Assembly (NCBI RefSeq): GCF_037042905.1
Contig: NC_087245.1
Location: 27,654,001 to 27,718,000 of the forward strand
From: Lytechinus pictus
Lineage: Eukaryota
Direction of reading: 5' to 3'
DNA: 64,000 nt
The notes under the pieces were generated by a model. That model was not told where the DNA came from. It did no database searches and saw nothing but the letters and a program-made list of their open reading frames with translations. A program made the translations under genes and the position numbers. This document shows, piece by piece, positions 10,838-24,900 of this stretch; positions within the stretch are counted from its first letter, which is position 1, and the number at the start of each line of letters is the position of its first letter.

Positions 10838-13111
10838 TGATCTAATGCAGCAGTTATAAACAGGTATTATAGATATCAATCTGAAAATATATATTGAAAA
10901 ATATTTAAAAAGCACTGTTCGGTTTACGGCCAATGGCCTTCATCTGCTCATCCACCAAATGTAATTACGAAATGGCTTATTGTTGTTCAGTGTTCGCACT
11001 TTGTACCATCTGCATTATAATGCAGCTGACCATATTCGTTGTCGACAAAAAACCCCACTAATAACTATGTCAATCAATAAGGCAGTTAATGATTTTTTAC
11101 ACTCTACGTACAAACATTAAATTTCAGGTATCTTTTCTTTCTCCATTCTTTATAGGGAGCATCAGAATTGAGTGCACAGCAGAGTCAATGTGGAAGACAG
11201 CATCTTTTCACAACAGGATGTTTAGATACTAAACAGCTTGCGATTTTCAGTTTAGGTGATACAATTGTTAGAATGTGTAGAACCAATCCTCTATCTTCCT
11301 TATTATGCTGTGTTACAATAGTCACAGTATTCGGAGGTCATAATCCAATATGACCATTGATGGCGTAATAGGAAAATGTTAGAAAAAGGGTATAGTCTTA
11401 ACGCTTTGGTTAATTTTGTATTGCTTATTTCATTACAATTTTCGTAGCCGTCTTTTAGTTTGAATTATGCTTTCATGCGCATCGTAAATAGATTGAAAAT
11501 GAAAAGATTACGATGTCACGCAAATCCAGGCCTAAAATATGGCAAGCAGTATGAATTGTATTTTATCGGCATGAGAGAAGGGGTACTGGCAGATTTGTAA
11601 ACTTACCCCCTCCCCACCCCTCCCCCACCACAAATTAAAAAAAAACTTATTTTGGTTAAATTCCATCAGAAAACCATATGACCATGCAATTTCACAGCTC
11701 TTCACTTTCGGCAAAGAAAACTTACCTCTTCTTTATCTTTTATTACGTATACTTTATTCATATCGGCATTTTTTTCTACCATGCTGCCCTCGACACACGC
11801 ATACAAATGTCCCGGTTGTGAAACGTTAACCAAAATAGCATCCGAAGTAGAAATGAAAAAGAAATATATCAATCAAAGTAAAACCTGTATTCTTGTATAT
11901 TCTTTATTTTTTTCAGTGCTTATGTTATAAAAGCGTGTCGTGTAGTGGTGGTTATCTCTTTATATATTGTTGTAGTTTGAAGCTAAATGTGCGATTAGGC
12001 AACTTGTCGATTAGGGTATTAATTAACAATTTCTTTACATGCTTTTTAACTTATTAATATTGACAGTCCACGCAGGCAATACGTTTAGACAAGGAGTTAG
12101 GATGTCGGATTAATGTAGAGTAGAATTTAGACGAGAACCCCATTACGTTTCATTTTCTTCAATCTGTATGGCTGTTGAACATTCCAGATCAAAGATAATT
12201 TTGTTACTTGTGTTTTATCATGATAATATTATGTAATTTTTTCTATTATTTTTTCAGCATTATATTGGAGATAAATTGAAAATGTGCATTAATTCTTTTT
12301 AAAGGTGTGCTTAAGAGCCAAATATATTGCTTAGGTTAGGACGAAATAGACGTGGTATAATGTTTGTAAATATTAATTAAGAGAGAGAATAAAGAATATA
12401 TGTCTTAAAATTATGCTTGCAAGTTGCATATAAATGGTGCTTTTATTGGGAATTGTGAATGATCCAGACGTCAACGTTTATTCATTCATTATTCACGACT
12501 TGAGAATGGTAGGAATCTTTAGACAATTATCTATGTGATTGAAATGGATTCCAAATACGATTGGAAATTATAATGAAATAAACTCTTCAAAAGTGATTTA
12601 AAATATATCGATCTATATATAAAAAAAAGGTGCATACATGCACCCTTATAATGATTCACAGTGATTTACATGATATTATAATGTACTGTTGCAAACCGAA
12701 TTGGTTTATATGACTTACCATTATCTATTGTATCCAGGCAATCAAAACATTAAAAGTCATATTGTATTTTAGGATCGAAAATGTATTCATCTATCTTGTT
12801 TCATTATTTGAAGCATTAACACTATTTTTTTTACATATAATTTATGTCGGCTGTTGTAATATAATTAATGTGAATAAGTGATATAATAAATGATATATAA
12901 TGACAGAAAAAAACTACATTTTGTATTACGTCATTTGCTTTTAAACACGATGGTCACAAGTTGATGAAAATTGGATCATAATGGAAATAGATACAGTGTT
13001 GGAAATATAGACAACCATAAAATTTAAAAATGATATAAATTTTGCTTTATCGAGAATACTGTACGCCAAAACAGACAGGAACGCAAGAAGAGAGCCTGTG
13101 AGAGAAATGCT

Positions 13112-13850
13112 GAGTTTAATTCCAAAAGGAGCTCAATCCAATTTTAGTGGTTTCCTGTAAATCAAGTTTTTTTAAGCAATCACTTTACCTTACAATTCAC
13201 GGCTATTTCATATTGATATATATGATAGTGCTATCATCTTAGATTAATTAAATCATTTTTTTTAATCTATCATTCAATATCAATTTTTAAGAATAAAAAA
13301 AAATCATGGATTTAGCTCCTTTTGGAATAAAACCTTATTTGAATGTCCATTTTTGCCTATTTAAACATGTTTATTATTGGAAATCGAACACGAAGCACAT
13401 AAATATTGCTAGATGAGTACATGTTACATCATATCTGATGTATATCCATTAAAAATTTTAAAAAGAAAAATAATGATATTTTTCATCTTTTCTGAGGACG
13501 GTGACTTTCCGATATTGAAGGAGCTAAATCCCCCAAAATCATAAGAATAGTCAAATTATGTTTTTTTCATCAAAATGTGTACAGATACTGTGAACTTGTA
13601 TCCACAACATGTACCTAAAAATGAATGCATAACTGTATGTAAAGTGGTTAAATTAACCGATTTTAAATGACCCGGTAGTGGATTTAGCTCCTTTTGGAAT
13701 AAAAATCGAAATTTGCAATCAATGTTTACCAATATTCCCTTTTTTTTCAATGCGATATGTTGCATTTGCTTCTTATGTCTAAAATACATATATTTATATT
13801 TAAAAAAAAATTTGCTCAAAACTGTACTTAGCCCCTTTTGGAATCGAGCT
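13112..13850. mobile_element. Non-autonomous TIR element with internal copies of its terminal motif
   Basis: gagtttaattccaaaaggagct (13112) versus inverted agccccttttggaatcgagctc (~13830-13851). Internal ggatttagctccttttggaataaaa at ~13308 and ~13680, and an inverted partial at ~13515. Confidence 0.6.
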
Positions 13851-14399
13851 CTTAAATAAAGACAACGCTTTCAAACTGTTTTTTTTGCATATCTTTAAGT
13901 TATCTATATTTCTGTGGTTCCATATTTCTGAAGATGACTGTATTTTTCTTGTCTATATTGTTAAGTTGTATATATTTCTGAAGTTTGCTTAAATTAAATG
14001 GTTACAGACTAATTCCCACAGTTATCTACATTTCCATACTATTCATTTAATGACCATTTTGATGAATTGATCCGTTTCTGTGTGAACTCACATTCTATTT
14101 GTGTGTTCGTAAAGCTTATCCGGCCAGATCTATCTAAAAAAATATTCTTTTGCATTTGTTTTTATTATTTCTGCATTTACCTACTTACCTGTGCTTGTTT
14201 GATTTAAAAAAAAATTAAAATCATTTTCCTGTTGGGATTGACAAATCCTTTTAAAATATTCTTCTATAATAATATAATACTTGGAAGGATTGTCGACCCC
14301 TGGTGTTAGTTTCCTTATTCCTCTTTTGATAATAATAATAATGATAATAATAATGATAATAAAATGATGTCAGGTTGACTTTCCTCTTCTATAATGAAG

Positions 14400-14640
14400 T
14401 GATGGATGAAAGAAAGGGAATGAAATTGGAAAAGAGAGAGGTACAGAGACAGGGAAATGAATAAAAAAAGGAAATGAAGAAGAAGAAGAAGTAGGAGGAG
14501 GAGAAGAAGGAGAAGAAGATAAGGGAAAAAAGGTAAGGAGAAGAAGAAAAAAGAGTGAGAGAAAGAATGGGAAAAAGAAGAGGAAGTAAACGAGGAAGAA
14601 AAGGCAGTAGTATAAGTATAAGGGTTAAGAAGTAGAAGTA
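14400..14640. repeat. Purine-rich (GAA/GGA) low-complexity tract
   Basis: Direct inspection. Confidence 0.8.
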
Positions 14641-15038
14641 GCAGTATTATTAATATTATTAACTTAGTCGTAAAATGGGCTGTCGGTGTACTTTCTTATA
14701 ATCAATGTAATAACCTTTGCATAGCATAGATTATGTTTCCAATTCAAACAACAAAGTAGGATATCAAGAAAATTAGAATTCTTGAAGAGATTATAGTTTA
14801 CATTTATATCACTAGTATTTTCGGTAATAGTGGTAGCAGTGTGTGATGGATGTAGAGAAAAACTATTGAATAAAGTATGTTAACATCTTCAATAGATGGC
14901 ATAGAAGTAATCATATACTGACACATTTATTTGTGTTTCAATTGTAAAAATGTCCACTCTTGAAAGGCCCGAACCAAGGCCCAGTGAGACGTGTTCACCG
15001 ATTTCTTTATAAACAATCAGTCACCACTACAACAAAAA

Positions 15039-15040
<2 letters not shown>

Positions 15041-15118
<78 letters not shown>
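15041..15118. repeat. (CTA)n microsatellite
   Basis: Perfect trinucleotide run. Confidence 0.95.
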
Positions 15119-15420
15119 TTAATACTACTATCATAATTAATTTTAAAAGGAATGAAATGGAAGATATTTCGTCTCTCAGGTGGGTGGGGCGACACCCCTC
15201 CCCCTCCCTCCCTCGCTGCGTACGACCATAGCAACAACAAAATAGGAAGGATGAGGAGGACGAATTAAAATTCGACGGATTTCTGACCATTTTCATCTTA
15301 GCAGAAAGGAGCATATCAGATAGGATCGAGGGGGCGCCATTCAGGAATATTGCCAATTCATTTTAATAAGCCGTATTTTAAAATATTTTTCACATTAACT
15401 CAGAGAAAGCAGTAGAACCT

Positions 15421-15605
15421 ACATCATCATCATTATAGTCGATGATAATGATAATGATAATGATGCTGCTGCTGCGGATGATAATGATAATGATGATGAT
15501 AATATTGATGATAATAATTGAGATAGTGGTGGTGATGATCGTAATGAAGATAATGATAATGATGCTTATGATAATGGTAATAATGAATATGATGATGGTG
15601 ATATT
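15421..15605. repeat. Imperfect (ATG/ATA)n microsatellite
   Basis: Direct inspection. Confidence 0.85.
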
Positions 15606-16791
15606 ACTGTTATGCCAGTAATCATCCACAAATTTCTGATTTCCGCGCCAGAATGGGTGTCACAAGATATAATCATTGCAACGTTAATTACGTATTTATT
15701 AATTTTAAGAGCATTCAGAAACATTCAGAAACATTCAAAATGATTTATACAAATTTGTATTTTCAAAGCCTCTATAAAAATGAAAGCCTTTGTATATATT
15801 GACGTGAAAATGGCATTTGTAAAGGACAATGTGTCTCAGTAATCATAATTGTGACCGCAAAGCTCGACCTGTAAAGGAACATTTTAAGAAGGAGTTGATT
15901 CAGCATTGTCCAATTTGGGGACTGAAGTTGATGTTTAAGTACATATGAGTTTTTTTCACAAGATAAGATTGCCACATAGGGACTTTAAAATTATACAAGC
16001 GCGAAGCGTGAGCTGATTTTCAGAAATAAATACTAATCTGAAAAGGGACATTTTACTATATTTAGCCATTTATGAAGGGATCTATATCACGAATAAAGTA
16101 ATGCGAGCGGAGAGTGTGAACTAGAATCGTTTGTGATCAGACCTGAAAATTGAACATTTTCGGCCCCTTTGTTAATCACAAACAGTATCCGTAAATAAAC
16201 GATTTAAGCACTGCTTGACCCCCCTCCCCCGAAAAGAAAAAAAAATCAAATCATGAAGAGAGCATTCATATGCCAGTACAAAGAAATATGCGAGTGGAAA
16301 GGATGAGTTGAAATTTTAAGGGATAAAAACCTCAAGAGCTGGACATTTTACATATACTTTATGTAATCACGAACAGGAGCTTATCTAACTTAGCATATAA
16401 CTGCTAATGTGATTACGAGCTGAAATGATTGATATACTGATATGTAAAATGATGGTTTAAAAGACAATTTCGAGGAACCTATCGAGAGGAGACATTTTCA
16501 CCCAAAATTTAAGGTCATTTCGTCTCGTCCGCGAGAAATTCAACAAACACACACACAAAAAAGCTCCTCGCTTTCAAGGGGGGGGGGGGGCACTTGTGTT
16601 AGAAAGGCATATTTAAATAACAAATTTGGATAATGCCTCTCAAAGGGGGGGGGGGCAAGGGCCGGATGCCCCCCCCCCCCCGCCTGGATCCGCCAGTGGT
16701 GACACCCATGTCCTCGATATCTTCAATTTTCAGTCAAACTAACTAAACATTGTCCAGCCCGGTCGATGGTACGTCATCGGTACAACATGTA

Positions 16792-17168
16792 GGGGCGGAT
16801 CTGGCTATTTTCCAAGAGGGGATTTGACCAGGGCCCTAGAAACGATTTTTTACAGGTAGGGGGGGGGGGAGGGGTGCTGGTGTAATTTGACAAGGAAAAA
16901 AACAGCGTTTCCCTACCAAATAGTCATATTGGTCCAGAGAAATTTGACAAGCAAAACAAATAAAAATAAATAAAATGTAGGGCTTCACTACAAAATCAAG
17001 GCATTTTTTAGTCCCGAGAAATTTAATCCCGGGAAATTTGAAAAGTACAAAAAAAAGTACAAAAAAGGGCTTATCTCCAAGAATTAGGTCATTATTATTT
17101 TATACTTGCCAGCCCAAGGGGGGGGGGTAAACCCCTGAATCCCCCCCCCCCCCCTTGATCCGCCACTG
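16792..17168. mobile_element. MITE with GGCGGATC...GATCCGCC termini and poly-G/poly-C subterminal tracts; a second right end of the same type at ~16684-16698
   Basis: ggggcggatctgg at 16792 and cttgatccgccactg ending ~17168. cctggatccgccagtg at ~16683. Confidence 0.6.
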
Positions 17169-17650
17169 GTGCGGAGTCGCTTTCGCTGTTGTGTGACTGT
17201 GGTATAACTTTTGAGCTCATGATGATCAAGCACATCCCAAAAAGAGATTACCAAGTTAAATGAAAGCTTTATTGATTGAATTCAACGAGACCAATGGTCA
17301 AGCTCAATGCAGAGGTATTCGATCATTGTCAGGGGTATTTCACGGAGAATCTTTACAGTGATTTTCATGAACCGTGTTACAAGCTTTGAGTATCCGTGCA
17401 TCCGATTGGCTGGTACCAAATGTAAATCACTAATAATGTGTGACGTACTAGGTATTCAAAACAGAGACTTTTGAATTCGGGAGACTCGTATACCTTCGGG
17501 GAAGGGAACGTGATTTTCGTCTCTATTTCCCTCTTCATCAGTGGACCTGCCGGTAATGTATCAAGCATATTATTTCTTTTTAATCATAGCATTAACTCTC
17601 ATCTTCATTAACAAATATATATTCAGTTTTAGAGATATGGAATGTGAAGA

Positions 17651-17653
<3 letters not shown>

Positions 17654-17682
<29 letters not shown>
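17654..17682. repeat. (GA)n microsatellite
   Basis: Perfect dinucleotide run. Confidence 0.95.
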
Positions 17683-17691
<9 letters not shown>

Positions 17692-18937
17692 AGGGACTCC
17701 TGGCTCCTGTATTACTAAAGAGCAGTGGTGAATGGCCGTTTCTCATTTCCAAATCACCCTCGTTACTGAATTTGATTGTTGTAGCGTAATGTAAAATATA
17801 AATCTAAAATGAAATATTTTGATTTCCTAGGATCTTAAGCTTTCGTTGAGTTTCTTTTACTGTTACTTTTATTGCACAAATGATATTAGTTAATTTGCAA
17901 TTAAAAACGATTTTCTTCCATAAATATAAAGTACACAGAGATCTTTAGTCTTTAATTATCCTTGGAATGTAACATTATTATTAGAAATATTTAATCTCAT
18001 TTCATCTTATCATAATTCTATTCTAAATTATAATCAACCTTTAGTATAAACTGATGATATTGACAACATTTGGATAACTTTTTTCTTCATAGCTATCATA
18101 AATTGATTTGTTGGGACAGTACATCACATTTTGAGGTCTATTTTTATGCATTCGTCTCAGGCGCGTATCCAGGATTCTGATTTTGGCGCCCCTATGTACT
18201 TTTCGAAAAATTGCGCCCCCTCCCTCTCCACCAAGCAAACATTCAAGTGCCTTACATGCATGTTTAATTACTTTATTTCATAGTCACATGAAAGAAAGGC
18301 AATTGAAGACTACTTAAAAAAAAAATGATGTGTTCATGAAAAAAAATCCATGAATATATGTAATACCACTTTTTTAAAAACTAAATGCGTTTTTCCGTTT
18401 TAAGCATTTTGGTTTAAGTGCCTTAAATGCATGTTGAATTATTTCATTTCATAGTCACATGAAAAAAGGCGATTGAAGACTACTAAGAATTTCAGTAAAC
18501 TGATCTGAAAAGGAACCTGGTAATGACAGTTTGCAATGACTCATAAAGCGGATATTGCGAGCGCGAGCTGAAAATTTTAATATACTGATCTGAAAAGCGA
18601 CCTGATAATGACGGTTTCCCGTGACTCATGAAAAGGATAGGGCATATGTATTACCAATCATATAATGCAATTGCGAAGTGCCAGCAGTATAATAGGTTTA
18701 AGCAATTTTTGTAAAAATGAACAGAATAGGTATCTTGTCAAAAAATATTGATGCGAGCGCGAAGCGCGAGTTTGGAATTGGAAATTTGCTTTTCGTAATT
18801 TTTAAGAGAATGGGTATTTATCTAAACAAATTATGCGAGTGCAAAGCGCGAGCTATTTTTTTCCAACTTTTAAACTGCAACTTTTTAAGCACTTTTTGTA
18901 ACCATGAAAAGAATAGGTATCTCACTAAACAATCGAT

Positions 18938-21900
18938 GCGCCCCCTGGTTCGAACATCAATTCAGCACCCCGCCCTAGTTCGAACACCATTCCGGTGCCT
19001 CCCTCGTTCGAGCATTGATAAAGCCCCCTCCCCTAGTTCGAACATCAATCCAGCGCCCCCCCTAGTTTGAACATCAATTCGGTGCCTCCTAGTTCAAACA
19101 TCAATCCGGCGCCCCTAGTTCGAACATCGATTCCGCGCCCTCTAGTTCGAACATCAATTTGGCGCCCTCCCCCCACTTCAAGCATAAATTTTGGGGCCCC
19201 TACTTCAAACATCAATCCGGCGCCCCCTAGTTCGAGCATCGATTCGCCCCCCCCCCTAGCAAAAATTTTACGCACACTAAATCGAACATCAATTTGGCAC
19301 CCCCTAGTTTGAACGTTAATTCGGCACCCCCCCCCCCCCGTTGCGAACATAAATTCGGCACCCCCTAATTCGAACATCGATTCGGCGCCCCCTCTTAGTT
19401 CGAACATCAATTCTGCGCCCCCTAATCGAATATCAATTCGGTGCCCCCTAGTTAGAACATCGATTCGGCGCCCTTCTAGCTCGAACATCAATTTCGCGCC
19501 CCCCTAGTTTGAACCTCAATTCGGCGCCCCTTTGTTCGAACATTAGTTTGGCGCCCCCTAGTTCTAGTTTAATTCAATTCAATTCTTTTTCAAACATCAA
19601 TTCGGCGCCCCATAGTTCGAACATAAATTTGGCGCCCCTACTTCGAACATCAATTCAGCACCCCTCCCTAGTTCGAACACCAGTTCGGTGCCTCCCTACT
19701 TCGTACATTGATTAAGCCCCCTCCCCCCCCCCCCCCCCTAGTTCGAACATCAATTCAGCGTCCCCCTAGCTTGAACACCAATTAGGCGCTCCCTGGTTCA
19801 AACATAAATTCGGTGCCCCCTATATAGTTCAAAAAACAATCCGGCACCCCCTGCTTCAACATCAATCCGGCACCCCCTGCTTCAACATCAATCCGGCACC
19901 CCCTACTTCAAACATCAATCGGCGCCCCCTAGGCCGAACATCAATTCGGCGCCCCCTTCTAGTTCGAACATCAATTGGTGCCCCCTGTAGTTCGAACATA
20001 ATTTAGGCGCCCCCCACTTCAAACATCAATTTCGAGCCCCTGGTTCGAACATCGATTCGGCGCCCCTTTGTTTGAACATCAATTTGGCGCCCCCCTAATT
20101 CGAACATCGACTCAGAGCCCCCGCCTCGCCCCCTAGTTCGAACATTAATTCTGTACCCCCTAGCTCGAACATAAATTCGATGCCCCCAAGTTCAAACATC
20201 AATCCGGCGCCCCCTAGTTCAAACATCAAACGGCACCCCATAGTTCGAACATAAATTCGGCGCCCCCTTGGCCGAACATCAATTCGGACCCCCCTCCCGA
20301 CCTAGTTGGAACATCAATTCGGTGCCCCCCTTCTAGTTCGAACATCAATTTGGCTCCATCCCCAATTCGGTGTCCCCCGGTTCCCCCCCCCCCCCCGTTG
20401 CGAACATAATTTTGGCGCCCCCCCCATCTTCAAACATCAATTTTGAGCCCCTGGTTCGAACATCGATTCGGCTCCCCCTCGTTTGAATATCAATTTGGCG
20501 CCCCCAAATTCAAACATCGATTCGGAGCCCCCGCCTCGCCCCCGAGTTCGAACATCAATTCTGTACCCCCCTAGTTCGAACATGAATTCGGTGCCCCCAA
20601 GTTCAAACATCAATCCGGCACCCAATAGTTCGAACATAAATTCGGCGCCCCCTAGACCGGACATCAATTCAGACCCCCCCCCCGACCTAGTGGGAACATC
20701 GATTTGGTGTCCCCCTCTAGTTCGAACATCAATTTGGCGCCCCCTCCACTTTAAAAATCAATTTTGCACCCACCTAGATCGAACATCGATTCGGCGCAAC
20801 CTCCGAGTTTGAACATCAATTTTGCGCCCCCTAATTCGAACATCATTTCGGCCCCCCTCGTTCTTACATCTATTCAGCGCCCTTCTAGTTTGAACATTAA
20901 TTTAACTGGCGCCCATCTAGTTCGAACCTCATTTTGGCGCCCCTTTGTTTGAACATCACTTTGACGCCCCTCTAGTTCGAACATCAATTTCGTGCCCCCC
21001 TAGTTCGAACCTCAATATGGCACCCCCTTTGTTCAAACATCAATTCGGAGCCGCGACCTAGTTGGAACATCAATTCGGTGCCCCCCTTCTAGTTCGAACA
21101 TCAATTGACCCCCCTATTTCGATCATCGATCCGGCGCCCCCTAGTTCAAACATCGATTCGGAGCCCCCACCTAGTTGGAACATCAATTCGGTGCCCCCCC
21201 TCTAGTTCAAACATCGATTTGGCTCCCCCCTAGTTCGAACCTCAATTCGGCGCCCCCTTTGTTCGAACATTAGTTTGGACCCCCTAGTTCTAGTTTAATT
21301 CAATTCAATTATATTTCAAACATCAATTCAGCACCCCTCCCTAGTTCGAACACCAGTCCGGTGCCTCACTACTTCGTACATTAATTAAGCCCCCCCCCTA
21401 GTTCGAACACCAATTTGGCGTCCGCTAGTTCGAACATCAATTCAGCGTCCCCCTAGCTTGAACACCAATTAGGCGCTCACTAGTTCAAACATCAATCCGG
21501 CGCCCCCTACTTCAAACATCAATCTGGCGCCCCCTACTTCAAACATCAATCAGCGCCCCATAGTTCGAACATAAATTCGGCGCCCCCTAGGCCGAACATC
21601 AATTCGGCGCCCCCTTCTAGTTCGAACATCAATTGGTGCCCCCTGTAGTTCGAACATAATTTAGGCGCCCCCCCCCCCCCCACTTCAAACATCAATTTTG
21701 AGCCACTGGTTCGAAGATCGATTCGGCTCCCCCTTGTTTGAACATCAATTTGGCGCCTCCTAATTCGAACATCCATTCGGAGCCCCCGCCTCGCCCCCTA
21801 GTTCGAACATCAATTCTGAATCCCCCTAGTTCGAACATGAATTCGGTGCCCCCTAATTCAAACATCGATCCCCCCGACCTAGTAGGAACATCAATTCGGT

Positions 21901-24900
21901 GCTCCCCATCTAGTTCGAACATCAATTTGGCGCCCCCCCCAACTTCAAACATCAATTTTGCACCCACCTAGTTCGAACTTAAATTCGGTGTACCCGGTTC
22001 CCCCCCCCCCCCGTTGTAAACATAATTTTGGCGCCCCCCCCCCCCACTTCAAACATCAATTTTGAGCCCCTGGTTCGAACATCGATTCGGCTCCCCCTTG
22101 TTTGAACATCAATTTGGCGCCCCCTAATACAAACATCGATTCGGAGCCCCCACCTCGCCCCCGAGTTCGAACATGAATTCTGTACCCCCCCTAGTTCGAA
22201 CATGAATTCGGTGCCCCCAAGTCCAAACATCATTCCCGCGCCCCCTAGTTCAAACATCAATCGGCACCCAATAGTTCGAACATAAATTCGGCGCCCCCTA
22301 GGCCGAACATCAATTCGGCGCCCCCTTCTAGTTCGAACATCAATTGGTGCCCCCTGTAGTTCGAACATAATTTTGGCGCCATCCCACTTCAAACATCAAT
22401 TTCGAGCCCCTGGTTTGAACTTCGATTCGGCGCCCCTTTGTTTGAACATCAATTTGGTGCCCCCCTAATTCGAACATCGACTCAGAGCCCCCGCCTCGCC
22501 CCCTAGTTCGAACATCAATTCTGTACCCCCTAGCTCGAACATGAATTCGGTGCCCCCAAGTTCAAACATCAATCCCCCCGACCTAGTAGGAACATCAATT
22601 CGGTGCTCCCCCCCTAGTTCGAACTTCAATTTGGCGTCCGCTAGTTCGAACATCAATTCAGCGTCCCCCTAGCTTGAACACCAATTAGGCGCTCCCTAGT
22701 TCAAACATCAATTAGGTGCCCCCTAGTTCAAACATCAATTCGGTGCTCACTAGTTCAAACATCAATCCGGCGCCCCCTACTTCAAACATCAATCAGCGCC
22801 CCTTTGTTTGAACATCACTTTGACGCCCCTCTAGTTCGAACATCAATTTCGTGCCCCCCTAGTTCGAACCTCAATATGGCGCCCCCTTTGTTCAAACATC
22901 AATTCGGAGCCGCGACCTAGTTGGAACATCAATTCGGTGCCCCCCTTCTAGTTCGAACAGCAATTGACCCCCCTATTTCGATCATCGATCCGGCGCCCCC
23001 TAGTTCAAACATCGATTCGGAGCCCCCACCTAGTTGGAACATCAATTCGGTGCCCCCCCTCTAGTTCAAACATCGATTTGGCTCCCCCCTAGTTCGAACA
23101 TCAATTCAGCACCCCTCCCTAGTTCGAACACCAGTCCGGTGCCTCACTACTTCGTACATTAATTAAGCCCCCCCCCCCTAGTTCGAACACCAATTTGGCG
23201 TCCGCTAGTTCGAACATCAATTCAGCGTCCCCCTAGCTTGAACACCAATTAGGCGCTCACTAGTTCAAACATCAATCCGGCGCCCCCTACTTCAAACATC
23301 AATCTGGCGCCCCCTACTTCAAACATCAATCAGCGCCCCATAGTTCGAACATAAATTCGGCGCCCCCTAGGCCGAACATCAATTCGGCGCCCCCTTCTAG
23401 TTCGAACATCAATTGGTGCCCCCTGTAGTTCGAACATAATTTAGGCGCCCCCCCCCCCCCCACTTCAAACATCAATTTTGAGCCCCTGGTTCGAACATCG
23501 ATTCGGCTCCCCCTTGTTTGAACATCAATTTGGCGCCCCCTAATACAAACATCGATTCGGAGCCCCCACCTCGCCCCCGAGTTCGAACATGAATTCTGTA
23601 CCCCCCCCCCCCTAGTTCGAACATGAATTCGGTGCCCCCAAGTCCAAACATCATTCCCGCGCCCCCTAGTTCAAACATCAATCGGCACCCAATAGTTCGA
23701 ACATAAATTCGGCGCCCCCTAGGCCGAACATCAATTCGGCGCCCCCTTCTAGTTCGAACATCAATTGGTGCCCCCTGTAGTTCGAACATAATTTTGGCGC
23801 CATCCCACTTCAAACATCAATTTCGAGCCCCTGGTTTGAACTTCGATTCGGCGCCCCTTTGTTTTAACATCAATTTGGTGCCCCCCTAATTCGAACATCG
23901 ACTCAGAGCCCCCGCCTCGCCCCCTAGTTCGAACATCAATTCTGTACCCCCTAGCTCGAACATGAATTCGGTGCCCCCAAGTTCAAACATCAATCCCCCG
24001 ACCTAGTAGGAACATCAATTCGGTGCTCCCCCCCCCCCCTAGTTCGAACTTCAATTTGGCGTCCGCTAGTTCGAACATCAATTCAGCGTCCCCCTAGCTT
24101 GAACACCAATTAGGCGCTCCCTAGTTCAAACATCAATTAGGTGCCCCCTAGTTCAAACATCAATTCGGTGCTCACTAGTTCAAACATCAATCCGGCGCCC
24201 CCTACTTCAAACATCAATCTGGCGCCCCCTACTTCAAACATCAATCAGCGCCCAATAGTTCGAACATAAATTCGGCGCCCCCTAGGCCGAACATCAATTC
24301 GGCGCCCCCTTCTAGTTCGAACATCAATTGGTGCCCCCTGTAGTTCGAACATAATTTAGGCGCCCCCCCCCCCACTTCAAACATCAATTTTGAGCCACTG
24401 GTTCGAACATCGATTCGGCTCCCCCTTGTTTGAACATCAATTTGGCGCCCCCTAATACAAACATCGATTCGGAGCCCCCGCCTCGCCCCCGAGTTCGAAC
24501 ATGAATTCGGTGCCCTCAAGTTCAAACATCATTCCGGCGCCCCCTAGTTCAAACATCAATCGGCACCCAATAGTTTGAACATAAATTCGGCGCCCCCTAG
24601 GCCGACCATCAATTCGGACCCCCCTTCTAGTTCGAACATCAATTGGTGCCCCCTGTAGTTCGAACATAATTTTGGCGCCATCCCACTTCAAACATCAATT
24701 TCGAGCCCCTGGTTCAAACATCGATTCGGCACCCCTTTGTTTGAACATCAGTTTGGTGCCCCCCTAATCCGAACATCGATTCAGAGCCCCCGCCTCGCCC
24801 CCTAGTTCGAACATCAATTCTGTACCCCCTAGCTCAAACATGAATTCGGTGCCCCCAAGTTCAAACATCGATCCGGAGCCCCCTAGTTCAAACATCAATC

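Noticed and set aside
12388..12890. Poly(A) signals for the neuropeptide gene (AATAAA at 12388 and 12885)
   Set aside because: AATAAA is common in this AT-rich DNA, so the true 3' end cannot be chosen from sequence alone.
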